Below are positions 12,690 to 25,890 of a DNA stretch of 64,000 bases, piece by piece (position 1 is the stretch's first letter; each line of letters starts with the position of its first letter). A model generated the notes under the pieces. It had not been told where the DNA came from, made no database searches, and saw nothing but the letters and a program-made list of their open reading frames with translations. This DNA is from Glaucostegus cemiculus (lineage: Eukaryota): the NCBI GenBank assembly GCA_976551045.1, contig CDPCPM010000016.1, positions 15,810,001-15,874,000 on the forward strand, written 5' to 3'. The position numbers and the translations under genes were made by a program.

Positions 12690-12780
12690 GTTCCAGGGTT
12701 ATTAACCTGAAACATTGACTTTCTCTCTCTCCACAGATACTGCCTGGCTTGCTGAGTATTTCTGGCATTTTCTGTAATTG
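12690..12780 (+). mobile_element. Penelope-like terminal fragment
   Basis: ACCTGAAACATTGACT..CTCTCCACAGATACTGCCTGGCTTGCTGAGTATTTCTGGCATTTTCTG. Confidence 0.7.
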
Positions 12781-13939
12781 TTGTATATATTTAAAAAAAG
12801 TATTTTACTTGTGCTTTTTCTCCTGCATAGTTCAGAACGTTGGATGGGAATTAATTAGCTTACAGTTCTGCATACAATTGTGAAGTTTGTCGACTCAGCA
12901 TCTAGTGCATAAGTAGCATAAACTGCTAACTGTGAATTTTCACAATCTTTGGAAGTGTAATAATGGTGGAAATACTGAAGATTTCATTGATTCAACTGAA
13001 TTTTTGTACAGCTGTGAAAGAAATAAAGGAATTCAATGGAATATGTAATAATAGAAAACCTTAGCCTGAGGAGATAAGGCATCTCATTTTTCAGAGATGT
13101 TTTGTTGCTAGTTCTTGAGAGATGATACTGTAGAACCTGAAAATAGAGTCAGTGACATGCCTAGCAGGGACAAAGAGGCATATGGTTTAAAAAAAAATTA
13201 CATTGTTAGTTGTTATCACCGCATCTCACAAGATTTGTAAGCAATGTGAGTAGTGCCAGCGAATGTCAAAGATATCAAAATTAGCTTGTAGCGTATCTTC
13301 AACAATGGACCGAGGAAAGGCTTAGTGTCATGTAATAAACTCCCTGCCTTATAACCAATCCAAGGATCTTCTGTTTAGTTCCTTGAGGCAGCGAACAGTT
13401 TGACCGCTCTAAGAATCAACTTTGGTTTGTGCAGGGGAGAACAAGCAGTTCATGACTGTGTTTTATACATAGATCTTTGCATGGTACGGTAGGAAGTATC
13501 TAATTAATTACTACCATTTTTACTTGGTCCTGTTGAGTCCATTTCAGTGCACTGTTTTTCTTCATCTTTGAACAATTTAGTATTTTTGTATTGTGCTGGA
13601 AATGTTGTTCATGTCACCTTACTTTTCAATATCATATTTTCAACATATCATATTTAAATGGAATAATATATTCAAAACAAGGCCATGTATTATTAATACT
13701 TTAACTTCCCTGTTGATGCAATGATTGTTACGTGTGTAGCAGTAGTATTTTAGGAAAGGTTCACCAGTTTACAGGATGGAATATGAATCTGTCTGCTGAA
13801 AACAAAGCCCAAAGTGATGGTGAAAGTGAGCAGATATCTTCCTTTGTACAAGGAAAGATCCACACGGGTTTTTCCTCTTGATTCCCAGTGACTTCAATTT
13901 TACTGGGGCTCTTTCATGCCAAACCTAATCAAATGTTAC

Positions 13940-14123
13940 CTGCAGAGGTTGTGGGGGCAGGTACATTAGGGACATTTAAGAGACGCTTAGATAGACATAT
14001 GAATGATAGAGAAATGGAGAGCTATGTGGGAGGGAAGGGTCAGATAGAGCTTAGAACAGGATAAATGTCGAGACCACATTGTAGGCCGAGGGGCCTGTAC
14101 TGTACTGTAGTGTTCTATGTTCT
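13940..14123 (+). mobile_element. CR1 LINE 3' end
   Basis: Near-identical to 38812-38990; tail TGTTCTATGTTCT. Confidence 0.9.
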
Positions 14124-15165
14124 GTGATTGAAGGTGCCACTGTGTGAAGATGGCATTTTGTCTCCACAGAGACTGTATTGTACTCAGTCCTATCACTACT
14201 ATCATGGACAGATAGCTGCTGTACATTGATAGGTCAGAATAAGGTCAAATATGGTTTGCTCTCATGCTGGTTCTTTCACTACCTGCCTTGGGCTCAGTCT
14301 GGCACCTTTTGCCTTTTGGATCTCAGATTTCAGGCAGCTTGTTCAGCAGATGTTCTATTGGATCACTTCTGGTGATGGACATCTTGTGCAGAGTCCATTC
14401 TTTGCCCTTCCTATCCTCAGACTGGTCTTTCAGTTTTGGCACAGGCTTTTGGTTTTGATGAGGAAGGCTTTGAAGATTGACTACATTTGGTTGTGTTTGT
14501 GATGCCTAGGTCCATAATAGCTGTGGCAGAAAAGAGATCAAAATCTACTCCTTTGCATAAACAAGATTTCCCTTATTGTGGCTGCTTACATTAAAAAAAT
14601 AAAGATTTGATGGCTTTGAAGCATGTAACATATGGAAGGAACTGATGCATGTAATAAAAGTAGGTGTATTAAATCTGTTGAATTTTAAATCTTGAAAATT
14701 TAGATGTGAGGAAAATAGTCATTGACTTAAAAATGTTTAACTGTACATATGTTGCTCAAAAGTATAAACATGAATATTTCACTTTAATATTTTTAAGTGA
14801 TAATTGCCCACTTGAAATTATTTCTCCAAATGTAGTTATTGCCCTGAGTTTGTTCTGGGTTTAATGCATATATTGACTTGAATGTACTTTAAAATTAGAA
14901 GAGTAGACTGATCCTCAGTAGAAATGTCTGTTTCTGGCAGGCAATCTGGACCAGTTAGCTTTCTGACACTCTACTGGGTATAAAATAAGGGAAGGGACAA
15001 GGGAGTAATGGTGCTGACATTCTGAGAGGGGTGACATGTCACTTTCCTGACCCTCCCATAGAGCCAGGAGTTAATATCATTGAAAAACTTATCAACTTGC
15101 TCCATCAATTTCAAGAGAGTAGACATCTGGCATTCTAACATTCCAGCTGATAATTAGGAACTCTA

Positions 15166-16812
15166 GTTAGAATCATAGAGCACTACAGTACAGAAACAGG
15201 CCCTTTGGCCCATCTAGTCCATGCCAACCTGATCTTCTGCCTAGTCCCATCGACCTGCATCAGGACCATATCCCTCCAAACCCCTCCCATCCATGTACCT
15301 ATCCACACCTCTCTTAAATGTTACAATTGAACCAGCATCTATCACTTCTGCTCACAGCTCATTTCACACTCGCACCACCCTCTGAGTGAAGGAGTTTCCC
15401 CTCAGATTCTCCTTAAATATTTCACCTTTCACCCTAAACCTATGACCTCTAGTTCTAGTCTCACCCAACCTTAGGGGAAAAAAGCCTGTATGCATTCACC
15501 CTATCTATACTCCTAATTATTTTGTATACCTCTATGAGAAATCCCCTCATTCTCCTGCACTCTAGGGAATAAGGTCCTAATCTATTCAGCCTTTCCACAT
15601 AACTCGGGTCCTTGAGTCCTGGCAATATCCGTGTAGATTTTCTCTGCACTGTTTCAAGCTTATTGCTATCTTTCCTGTAGGTAGACGACCAGAACTGCAC
15701 ACAATACTCCAAATTTGCCCTCACCAACGTCTTGAACAACTTCAACATAACATCCCAACTCCTGTACTCAATGCCCTGATTTACGAAGGTCAATGTGCCG
15801 AAAGCTCTCTGTAAGACCCTATCTACCTGCGATGCTACTTTCAAGGAATTATGGATCTGTATTCTCAGGTCCCTTTGTTCTACTGCACACCTCAGAGCCC
15901 TACCATTCACTGTGTAATTCTTACCCTGGTGTGTTCTTCCAAAGTTCAACACCTCACACTTGCTTGTATTAAATGCCATCTGCCATTTTTCAGCCCATTT
16001 TCTTAGCTGGTTAAGGTCACGCTGCAAGCTTTGATAAACTTGCTCGCTGTCCAAAGTCCCCAATCAATGTCATCTGCAAATTTGCCGATCCAGCTTACCA
16101 TATTATCATTGAAATCATTAATATAGATAATAAAGAACAATGGACCCAGCACTGATCCCTGTGGCACACCACTAGTCACAGGCCTCCAGTCGGAGAGAGG
16201 ACCATCTACTACCACTCTCTGGCTTCTTGCGCTAAGCCAATGTTGAATCCAGTTGGTTCCTTCAGCCAGAATGCCAAACCACTTAACCTTCTGGAGCAGC
16301 CTCACATGTGGGACTTTGTGAAAAGCCTTGCCTTTGTCCATGAAGAAAATGTCCACTGCCTTTCCTTCATCAACCTTCTTAGTAACCTCCTCAAAAAACC
16401 CTATAAGATTGGTTAGACATGACCTACCCACGCACAAAGCCAAGTTGACTATCCCTAATCAGGCCCTGTCTATCCAACTACTTATACATTGTGTCCCTTA
16501 GAATACCTTCCATTAATTTACCCACAACTGATGTCAGACTCACCAGCTTATTCTTAGCGCCTTCCTTGAACAATGGAACAACATTAGCTATCCTCCAGTC
16601 CTCCAGCACCTCACTTGTGGTTAAGGACGTTTTAAATATCTCTTCCAGGGCCCCTTCAATTTCTGCACTAGCCTCTTATGAAGTCCAAAGGGACACCTTG
16701 TCAAGCCCTGGGGATTTATCCACCTTAATTCAGCTCAAGATAGCCAGCACCTCCTCTTCTGTATTCTGGATACAGTCCATGACCTCATTACTCTTTTGCC
16801 TCAGTTCTATAG
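15166..16812 (-). mobile_element. CR1 LINE, 5'-truncated, frameshifted RT
   Basis: ORFs 16003-16443 ([33 protein letters not shown]) and 15461-16063 (WAEKWQMAFN..LEYCVQFWS); CR1 tail at the left end. Confidence 0.95.
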
Positions 16813-17401
16813 TAATGATCCAGCTGCAAAGTTCCTGGAAGTGGCCACATCCTCAAAGGAAGACTGCCTACAACATGCAAAATGTCAACAGTCTGGGTGG
16901 AAGTGAACACCTCCACATTTTTAATCATGGTAGTGAGATATGTTGACAACACTTCCAATATCTCACTGCTCGTGCAAATTATTTCCATAGCTGTGCCCCT
17001 GGGGGGGGAGGGGTAAGAAGATGATCAAATGTATTAAATCTCCCAGCTGATTGCTTTGTGTTTACTATATTTTTGTATCATCACCATTCCTGGGAGAACC
17101 ACAGTTGAGGCTAGGACTGTCATAGGGTCCCTCCAGTCTTTAACCTGTATTGTCCTCAATTTCTGCCTATAATGTTGAATGTCTATCCTCTTTAAATGTC
17201 CTGTGCTTTAATTGATCTTCTGCCTCCCTGCAGTAGTTACCAGAGTTCCTTCTTGGTAGCAGGACATGCATGGGGAAATAATCATCCACCTTTAATCACT
17301 CCCCAGTGAGGTAGCAGTCATACTGGAGGAGTGAATGAAATATAAAACTTGCCCTGTCTAAACACTGCCACTCAAACGAGACTGTGATAGTTATTCATAT
17401 T

Positions 17402-17687
17402 TAAGATATCCTTATTAGACACATGTACACTGAAGCACCTCTTTTATGTAGAGCATTCTGGGGGCAGCCCACAAGTGTCGTCACGCTTCCGGTGCCAACA
17501 TAGCAATGCCCATAACTTCCTAACCCATACGTCTTTGGAATGTGGGGGGAAACCGGAGCAGCTGCAGGAAACCCACGCAGACACGTACAAGAACATACAA
17601 ACTCCTTACAGACTATGGCCAGAATTGAACCCGGGTCACTGGCACTGTAATAGCGTTACGCTAACCATTACACTACCGTGCCTGCCC
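17402..17687 (-). mobile_element. V-SINE with a non-CR1 (Rex1-like) tail
   Basis: Reverse complement head GGGCAGGCACGGTAGTGTAATGGTTAGCG..GACCCGGGTTCAATTCTGG (boxes A and B), V-domain, tail GTACATGTGTCTAATAAGGATATCTT. Confidence 0.85.
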
Positions 17688-18908
17688 TATTCAGGTGATA
17701 CTAATAATAGAAATATGACAGACATTATATGATTTTCATGTGCAGTAATTTTTCTACCATATATTATCTCGTTGATTAGTTTTTATTTTGATGGTGTACT
17801 TCCATGGAGGACGTACATGTTTCACACTCTTCACTCCGTTTTTTTGCTCCCATGTTTTAAACCAGCTGCACAATCTGCAGATTCAGAGCTGCCTCCCAGA
17901 AAATACTTGGTTCTCAAGTTAAAATTCAATTGTAATTAAGGACAGGAGCCGTGGAACAAACTGGGGTAACCTATTCACTTGTGAAATGAAAGCTAGAATG
18001 CACTGCTGATCAAACATTGACTGCTGTGCATTAGAAGTTAATATGTACTATATTATTAGAATAGAGATACAGTGGGCAAAGATAAACACTCTTACGTTCA
18101 TTTACTTTGGAAGGAGTTCAGTGGTTATTACTTGATAATTGCACAGAGCTATTCTTTCTTCATTGTAACCAGCATAGGTTCTAGCATAACAATTAATCAC
18201 ATAATAAGAATCGAAACTGATGCCATAAAGGTTAATATACCCAGATAATGGTAATGAACATGACTTGGTTTAGGTAGACTTTGAAAGCAACCAGTCTTGA
18301 TTCACACTGAAAGAGGAACCGAAATCAACTGTGAATTCTCACAAATACTCTTCTGTGCTCTTGTCAACAAGGTGCACATTCTGATGACCAAGTAGCTGTA
18401 CAAAGTGGTTGCAAGGATGTGCAATTCTTTACGCTTTTCATGGGGGATAAGTGTCAATAATACAGCACTCCTGAATCATTCACAGAGACTTTTGGGGGTG
18501 TTTCCTAAATTCTAATTTGTCTAGTCCATTCTGGAAGGTTTGGATGTTCCAAGTGACTGACTTTAAATGTTAAACTGAAATAGAATACAGACTATATCAT
18601 GTGGAACTGATACTCTGATATACATCCATACGATGCAATGAAGAGAAAAAACTAAAACATGCTCAAAATGAGCCTTATAAAACCATTTTAGAGAATTAAA
18701 TAAAATCAGAGTTGCCTCTGTCACCAGCATCATTGGGTAGTGAATTGCATGCTATATTGCTTTGGGATGTCAGATATGGACTTCAATTATAGATAGCAGA
18801 AGAGATACAAGATGAAAATATAATTACACTGATGATATTGTTTGCATGAAATCTCTTTCTTAGGGAGACTCTCAAGATTGGGGATGACTGAATGACTGAC
18901 TTTCCCTG

Positions 18909-18945
18909 AGTTCTGATGAAGGGTCTTTGATCTGAAATGTTACAC
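18909..18945 (+). ncRNA. Minimal type I hammerhead-ribozyme-like motif in a Penelope terminal fragment (~18905-19000)
   Basis: agtt-CTGATGA-a-GGGTC-ttt-GATCT-GAAA-tg-tt. Catalytic core boxes are intact and stem II is fully pairable with G:U; the 3' strand of stem I is damaged. Confidence 0.6.
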
Positions 18946-19004
18946 GTCTTTCTGCAGATGTTGCCTGATTCACTGAATGCTTCTGGCAATTTTTGTCTTT
19001 CTTA

Positions 19005-20000
19005 TATCCTCTCCAGTTTTGTAGGTTCTGATACGGCTAATGAGGCCTATGTGGGAACTACAAGGTCTTCCACAGATAAAGCAGGTGGTAAGTGAATAAT
19101 ATGGGCATGTCGTGTTCTGCTCCTTATGCCACGTATGTAGACCCTCTGGATGCTCCCAGTGCACAGCCTCCAGTTTCTCAGTACCCAATGAATGTTGCTC
19201 TATCACTTCGATAGTTATAGGCCAGAGTTACCCAGGAGCAGGTTGTATTTCTTCCAGATAGCTTTGGGCACATTCCTGAATCCATTCCACTGGTAATATC
19301 TTCCCATGAAAGAGCTTGGACTGAAGTATGTGTTTCTGGAACTGGTGTCAGGCCTGTGAACACAGGGCCTGCCCAACATTGCTGACTCAGTGTGACTAGG
19401 GCCTGGGAGAGGAAGCTGCCACTGCCTTTTTCACCTTTCTAGTGAATTTGCAGACACAACATTAGTGGTATATTTCCAGTGCTACGAGATGTCTGCTGCC
19501 GGTAGTCCAGGTCTGAAGCATGTGAGAGGGCCATGATCACTGCTGCCCTCCTACATGAATTTCGTGCCAAATCTGAGATCTTGATCTTCAAGTACCCTCT
19601 TCCTCAATCAATCAAAGACTTTTCTGGCTCATTGTATGTGATGGGGAATTTCTTCATTGTTGTCCACCTTCACCAGAAAATGACTCCTGAGATATGGGAG
19701 TTCAGACCCTGTTTTCCAGGGTCTCATTTTGTGAACCTTTATTGTCAATGGGCAGCTTGATGCAGCAAGGGTGGGCTTGTAGCAATCCTTTGTGTGGGGA
19801 ATGTTGAGTGTAAGGCCCATCCTATTCTATGCTTCAGTGAAGGCATCAGTGGTGTCTTGGAGCACAGCCTCCAAACATACACAAAAGTAATTGTTGTCTC
19901 CACCCTTCAGCATGACTGCAGGAAATGCTATGTGCTTTACATAATTTTTCCAAGTTTATCCTCTAACTCACTGAGAAACTGCGAATGGCTTGTGCAACTT
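19005..20000 (-). mobile_element. RTE-clade (BovB-like) LINE, degraded
   Basis: C-terminal zinc knuckle TTCFICGRPCSSHIGLISRIRTYK (ORF 18970-19206) and MGLTLNIPHTK after the RT catalytic region. Confidence 0.8.
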
Positions 20001-20581
20001 TGGTGATGTCAGAATATCAGTGCAATGCTGCCTCTGCAATCATGGATCATCAAATTGTTGGTAAGGTCAGCACCACTCAGACATGGTTAAGTATAAAGGT
20101 GTGAAATATCTCATTTAGCATCATGAGATGAATCAGGGACAGATTGTTGATTTGATCCTGATGACCTACCACTGGTATTCACCTAAGGCTTTTGGATGCC
20201 TTCTACAATGGACTGCCTTGATCCAGATTTGGATAGTATTTTCTGTTGGTTTATTTTTGCACTAGCTGTGATGGTGAGTGTTTGAACTGGATGCTGACCC
20301 TCTTACTTCATTTGAAGACTCCAGTACTTCGGCTTGTTTGCAAAGTAATAGTACTTGATGATAAACAGATCAATCAGGTACATTTTTGTGACATTTCAGA
20401 ATCATAGGTAAACATAACATGGAAGGGGGCTGGCCTATTGAGTTTGAGTTGCTCAGTAGGATTCACTTCAATCCTTCCACTTCAATTTCTCTCTATTAGG
20501 TCTGCGAAATTAGTTGGTTAAAGAGATGTATTTTTGGTACTGCCAAACGCTAAGGACGTAGAATCCTTGCTGCCTTCAGTA

Positions 20582-21290
20582 TTGGCTTATCATCATTATT
20601 ACATGTATCAAGATACAGTGAAAACCTTTGTTTTGCATGCCATCCATACAGGTTGTTTCAAAACATAAGTACATTGAAGTAATACAAAGTGAAAAGCAAT
20701 AACAATGCAGAATATTGTAATAAATTTACAGTTACAGAGGAAGTGCATTGCAGGTAGACAATAAGGTGAAAGGGCTATAAGGAGGTAGATTGAGAGATCA
20801 AGAGTTCTCTTTATCATAGAAGAGGTCCATTCAAGAGTCTTATAACAGTGGGATAGAAACTGTCCTTGAGCCTGGACGTGAGTGTTTTCAAGCTTTTGTA
20901 CCTTCTGCCTGATGGAAGTGGGGAGAAGAGAGAATGACTGATGTGGGAGGGGTCTTAGATTATGTTGGCTGCTTTCCCAAGGCAGTGGGAAGTGTAGACA
21001 GAGTCGATGGAGAGGAGGCTGGTTTTCATGATAGGCTGAACTATGTTCACAGCTCTCTGCAATTTCTTACATTCTTGGGCAAAGCAGTTGTCATACCAAG
21101 CTGTGATGCATCTGGATAAGATGTTTTCTATTATATATCAATAAAAATTGGTCAGGGTCAATGGGGATGTGCTGAATTTTCTTAGCCTTCTGAGGAAGTA
21201 GAGGTGCTGGTGTGCTTTCTTGGTCATAGCATCTACCTGGTTGGACCAGGACAAGCTATTGATGATATTTACCCCTAAGAACTTGCACTG
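20582..21290 (-). mobile_element. Rex1/Babar LINE family A 3' portion
   Basis: Collinear with 1650-2270 along its length. Confidence 0.9.
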
Positions 21291-22230
21291 TCAGTAGTTT
21301 GTAGTGCAAGGAATTTGAACTAGAGAGCACAAGAGGAAATAAAAAGTCATCATGATGATGGGAGGTGGAGTAAAAAAAAAACTTTGGTCCTCTCATCTTG
21401 TTCCAAGACATTGTTAGGACAGGACTGAGGGTCCAAATTGCTCCGCTACATAATGGAAACTCAGGAGTTTCCCATTGCATGGAGTGCACTGGTCATTCTA
21501 ATGTTGATCTTCAGTTAACTTATTCTATTGCCTGCATCTTCTTTTCAAATTATGGAAGTGACAATCACCTTGAATATTAAATTGAGCATTTTATTTAAAA
21601 ATTGAGCAGTCAGAAATAATAACCAGCAAGATGCCACTATGACCAGTTGATACATAGTATATGAGATCCAAGAGTGTCTCCTTCCTTGTGTTCATGTTCC
21701 TTATTTTTCAGTAAGATCTTTATCTATGTCCCTTATCACTTGAAGGGCATTGTGAAATTGAAAGCTTGTAATGTGGGGAATTGGACATGTGGACTTCCAT
21801 CACAGTAACTCTGTTATGAAGTGTCTAGGGAAGTACTATGTTGGATCATTGCATTGCTTACTGGATTAGGACACTTAAACATGGCTATGGTTTAAATGTG
21901 AACAAAGAAGCCAAGAAACATTTTTGAGTTCCCCTGTGTGTTATTTGTTGATTAAACAAGCCTGAAAATCCAGATCCAACTTTAAATGTTGATGGTTCTT
22001 CAGACCTAAAACAGTGTTTCTCAGGATCAAGTTGAGGTAAATGTTAATGTTTTAAAATGACTGAATGGAAACTTGAAACAAAGCCCATATTTCATGGTGA
22101 TCCAGGGAATATGAGTTGGCCATGATTTGATGGGAAACTGTTTATCCCTGCAACACAGTGGTCCAGAACTTGTTAAAGATTTGTACCATTTATTAGCTAC
22201 ATCCCTGACATAGCTTGTTTCATTTTGCAG

Positions 22231-22254
22231 AGGCCCCAGGAAATAATGGTATAA
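22231..22254 (+). CDS. Candidate 24-nt frame-preserving microexon of the EVA1C-like gene
   Basis: Branch point CCCTGAC (22203-22209), pyrimidine tract cttgtttcattttgcAG and donor GTGAGT at 22255. Phase 1-1 like the upstream exon; encodes (E)APGNNGI. Confidence 0.35.
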   Translation, partial: RPQEIMV

Positions 22255-23244
22255 GTGAGTTTTATTTTGTGCTAATACTTCTGCTGAAACTGCATAAGTT
22301 ATTTGCCATAACTTCTGTTAAGTGCTCTGGGATGCTTTGTTACCTTGTGGTGCTACATAAGTGGAAATTGTTTTTGTTGCTGGCACAAATTGGTGGCGGT
22401 CACAAATTTCTGGAATAATATTAGATTACTCACAACAGTCAATTGGACTGAGGGGAAAAAATGGAGAAGGTAAATGAGTTTAATCATCATAAAATCTCCT
22501 GTCCCTCAATGTTAAATGATTAGATAAAACCAATCAGAGCATTGTTCCTTTGCCATTGGGTGTTGGATTGAGTGAATATTGAGCGCAAGATTTAAGGGAC
22601 AGAATTGCCTGCAAGTGCTATTGATGAATGTGAGAAGGAGAAATTCATTTATGGTTCAGTGCTTCCATAGGGTATTCAGCTCTTGATCTAATATTAACAA
22701 TTATATTAAGTTGTCAGTGTCTATCAGTAGCTTGTTTTTTGCCTGGCTGTATTGTTGTCTGTGAATCATATAGTTATTGACCAAGATGATTCCACAGCAT
22801 ATTTAGCAAAATCAAAGGTACAAGAATACAGAAATCTATGCTTCAAGCCTTGAAAATGTTGATTGCATAATTAGTTCATCATTTTAAGTAGGGAGATGCA
22901 CTAGCAATGTTAGTTCTCACACCAGAGTTTGTTATACATTGTGTAATATGTTCAATTATTTTCCTGGGAAGTTTGGAGGTTTTTTTTCACAAAGGAAGTA
23001 TAAAATGTTATTTATGACATAAATTGCATTTTGTGTTTTTTGGAGGAATTTTTGAAACTTGATTTTTTTTTGTGTTGTTTAATTTGTTCCATGACAACAG
23101 AAGCTGCAGCATGATTTATGATTGAATATGCATCTTCCTAATATTTGGAGCAGTAGTGCATATTCAAAGTAAAATGAACTATTACTGCAACACATATACA
23201 GTTTATAGCCTGTATTCTTCAGCTGTTGTTGCATTCTCCCCTTT

Positions 23245-24090
23245 CAAAGCGTTCTGCACCTCCTCAGTGATGTCCTTAACCGTGGCACCAGGGACACAAC
23301 ACATTATCCTGGAGTTGTGCTCATGGCCACAGAAACTGTTGGCTGACCTCTGACTATAGAGTTCCCTATCGCAGCCCTGGTGCCACTGATCTGATTCTGC
23401 TGCTTTCCCCTGAGAGGCTATTTCCCTCCCCACCCCACCCACCCAACAGTATCTGAAATGATATACTTATTTCAGAATCACGTTTTTTATTACTGACATA
23501 TGTCATGAAACTTTTCTTGCGGCAGTTGTGCAGTGCAAGGTGTAAAAATTACTATGTTACAAAAATAAATACATAGTGCAAAAGAGGAATAATGAGGTTG
23601 TGTTCAGGGACCATTCAGAAATCTGATGGCAGAGGGGAAGAAGCTGTTCCTGAAATCTTAAAGATGGATGTCACCTTCTTGAGGCACCACCTCTTGAAGA
23701 GTCTTTGGTGACGTACCAAATCTCCTCAAACTCCTAATGAAGTAGAGCCACTGGCATGCCGCCTTCATGATTGTGTCAATGTGTTGGGCCCAAGATGGAT
23801 CCTCTGATGCCCCGGAAATTGGAAGTGCTCACCCTTTCCACTGCTGACCCCTCAATGAGAACTGGTGTGTTCTCCTGACCTCCCCTTCCTGAAGTCCACA
23901 ATCAATTACTTGGTCTTGCCGACATTGAGTGCAAGAGTTTGAGAGGGGAATAGCCACGGAGGCCTCCAACACTGCCTGTCTGCCCCTCCTGGCGGTCACC
24001 CATCTATCTGAATGAACCTGCGGTGTGACCACCTTCATGAAATTCCTATCTATGATACTTTCTGCCTCCTGAACGCTCCTCAGCGAGCAG
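23245..24090 (-). mobile_element. CR1 ORF1 (SGNH esterase-like) fragment split by a Rex1 insertion
   Basis: Minus strand IGNSIVRG (GDS-like motif), FCGHEHNSRIMCCVPGATVKDITEEVQN and TPQVHSDRWVTARRGRQAV..VAIPLSN. Confidence 0.8.
23471..23937 (-). mobile_element. Rex1/Babar LINE 3' fragment (third family), internally deleted
   Basis: TCAGAATC..TTTATT tail; CAGAAATCTGATGGCAGAGGGGAAGAAGCTGTTCC is the reverse complement of an NSFFP.AIR motif; a KT...IVDFRK remnant lies at 23885-23925. Confidence 0.75.
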
Positions 24091-25569
24091 TGAGTTTTCC
24101 ATGCTTCCGTGACTTTTTGAGGTTACACATTTGTTCAGTTTTTTAGCTGTTCAGCCTGATGTACTTTTATCATACATTGCATCACCTGCAATGGGAGGGC
24201 AGGTGGGTGTCTTCTGTTGTAGCCAAAAGCTGGCTAACTAGTGATGTGATGAACTAAAGGTGGGTGTCTGTTCATAATTTCTGAACAGAATTCTGCCTTT
24301 CATCCTACTGCTACTATGCAGTCCTTCTGCTGTCAAAAGGAGAGCTTTGAATGTGTTTATCCTTGTACATCAGTGAGAAAGGCGGTCCAAACAATTATTA
24401 TGGTTTAGCTCTATTGTATCCAGGTATGTACCATTAAGCATTAACTTCATGGTTCCATTGGAGGACCATGCTCAGAGGTTTAACAGTGGATCACAATGTT
24501 GTACTGCTAAATCCAGCCGTGTTCCCTATTAGGAGTATAGGGATAGGTTGTTTCACCCTTGAGTATGGGCTTAGAGGTGCTGATGCAAAAGACATGGCGT
24601 TGCCATCTTTGATGATGGTTGTTATAAGGTAATAAACAAATGCTTGTATGTAATGTTTAGGGGTAAGTTAATGTGTGATATTGGAGAAAGCCCTGATAGC
24701 ATTGGCAACCTCAGTTCTTATCTACTTCATTTTGACAAATTTTGTTGACACTTAATATCTGAACTTGCTGTTAATTGGCCCACTGCTATAGGATGGTACT
24801 TACTACCTTGTAGGTGAGACAGTGTTAACCCAGGAGGTACTGATCTGAAATTAAATCATCTAATACTTTTTCCAAGGCAATTGTTAACTGCTTTGCTCCA
24901 TCTTGTTTTTGTATGGTGATATATGTCAGTTATAAAATACTAAAACAAAATCCCTTCAGAAGAGCTGATATAGATTAACTTATTCATTAACCTATTGTGA
25001 AGTTTGCTCCTTTACCACTTGGATAGTTTTATTGCTTTTTACACAATATAGCCTTCAGCTTTGGACTGGTAGGAACTACAGAAACGAAGTGTTGCTTTTG
25101 TAAGCAAAGATTGGTCTTTGTCCTGAGAACACCTTGTTTTGTTTTGATTCTCTTGGGGCTCTGTTTCTCAGCATGTAAATGAGGCGAACTGGGGCAGCAA
25201 AAGCCAACTGTTCGGAATAACTTGACGGCTGAGAGAAGATGGAATGTCAACCTCTCCGCACTTGGACTGAGAACCTGGTTTCTGTGGGATACTCCACTTG
25301 TTGATGCAGCTGACACAACAGTTGTTTTAATGATGTGTTTGAGCAGCTTGTATCCTTCACTCTTAAGCTGTGAAATGAACAGATATGAGATATTTGTGTA
25401 ACCATAATGAGGAAGAAGGTGGGAGTGTAGGATCTGTAACATAGCAGAAACAATTTATCTGAAATGTAAAATAATAAAACAGTACTAAACTCATTTTCTT
25501 TTCCCCATATTTCACCATTTCCCTGAATACAGGTGCTTTTCCTGTCCTGTACTGTTCTATGTCATTTTC

Positions 25570-25890
25570 AAAAAATCCATTTTGTGGCTGTAGGCATCAC
25601 TGATGAGGTTGCCACTCGTTGTCCATCCTTGGCTGTACTACTTACTAGTGGTGGTTTGGCACAGCATTATGACTTATGAGGCTACTTCTGATGGCAGATA
25701 GCAAACAGCCACATTGCTGTGTGACTGAAGTAATTTATAGGCTGGTCATGCTGAGGATAGAAAGTTAACTTCTAAAGGACGTCAGTGAACTAGTAGGGGT
25801 TTCCTGCTCTTCTGGGTTGCTTTACGGATGTCAGTCTATTTCCAGATTTAAACTCAACGGTTTGTGGACTCTCAAGCTGTAATAGTCAAA
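25570..25890 (-). mobile_element. Old LINE-related 3' fragment
   Basis: Similar to 7040-7380 and 63285 termini; highly diverged. Confidence 0.4.

Noticed and set aside
25029-25442. 137-aa minus-strand ORF
   Set aside because: No homology recognised and no supporting splice structure.
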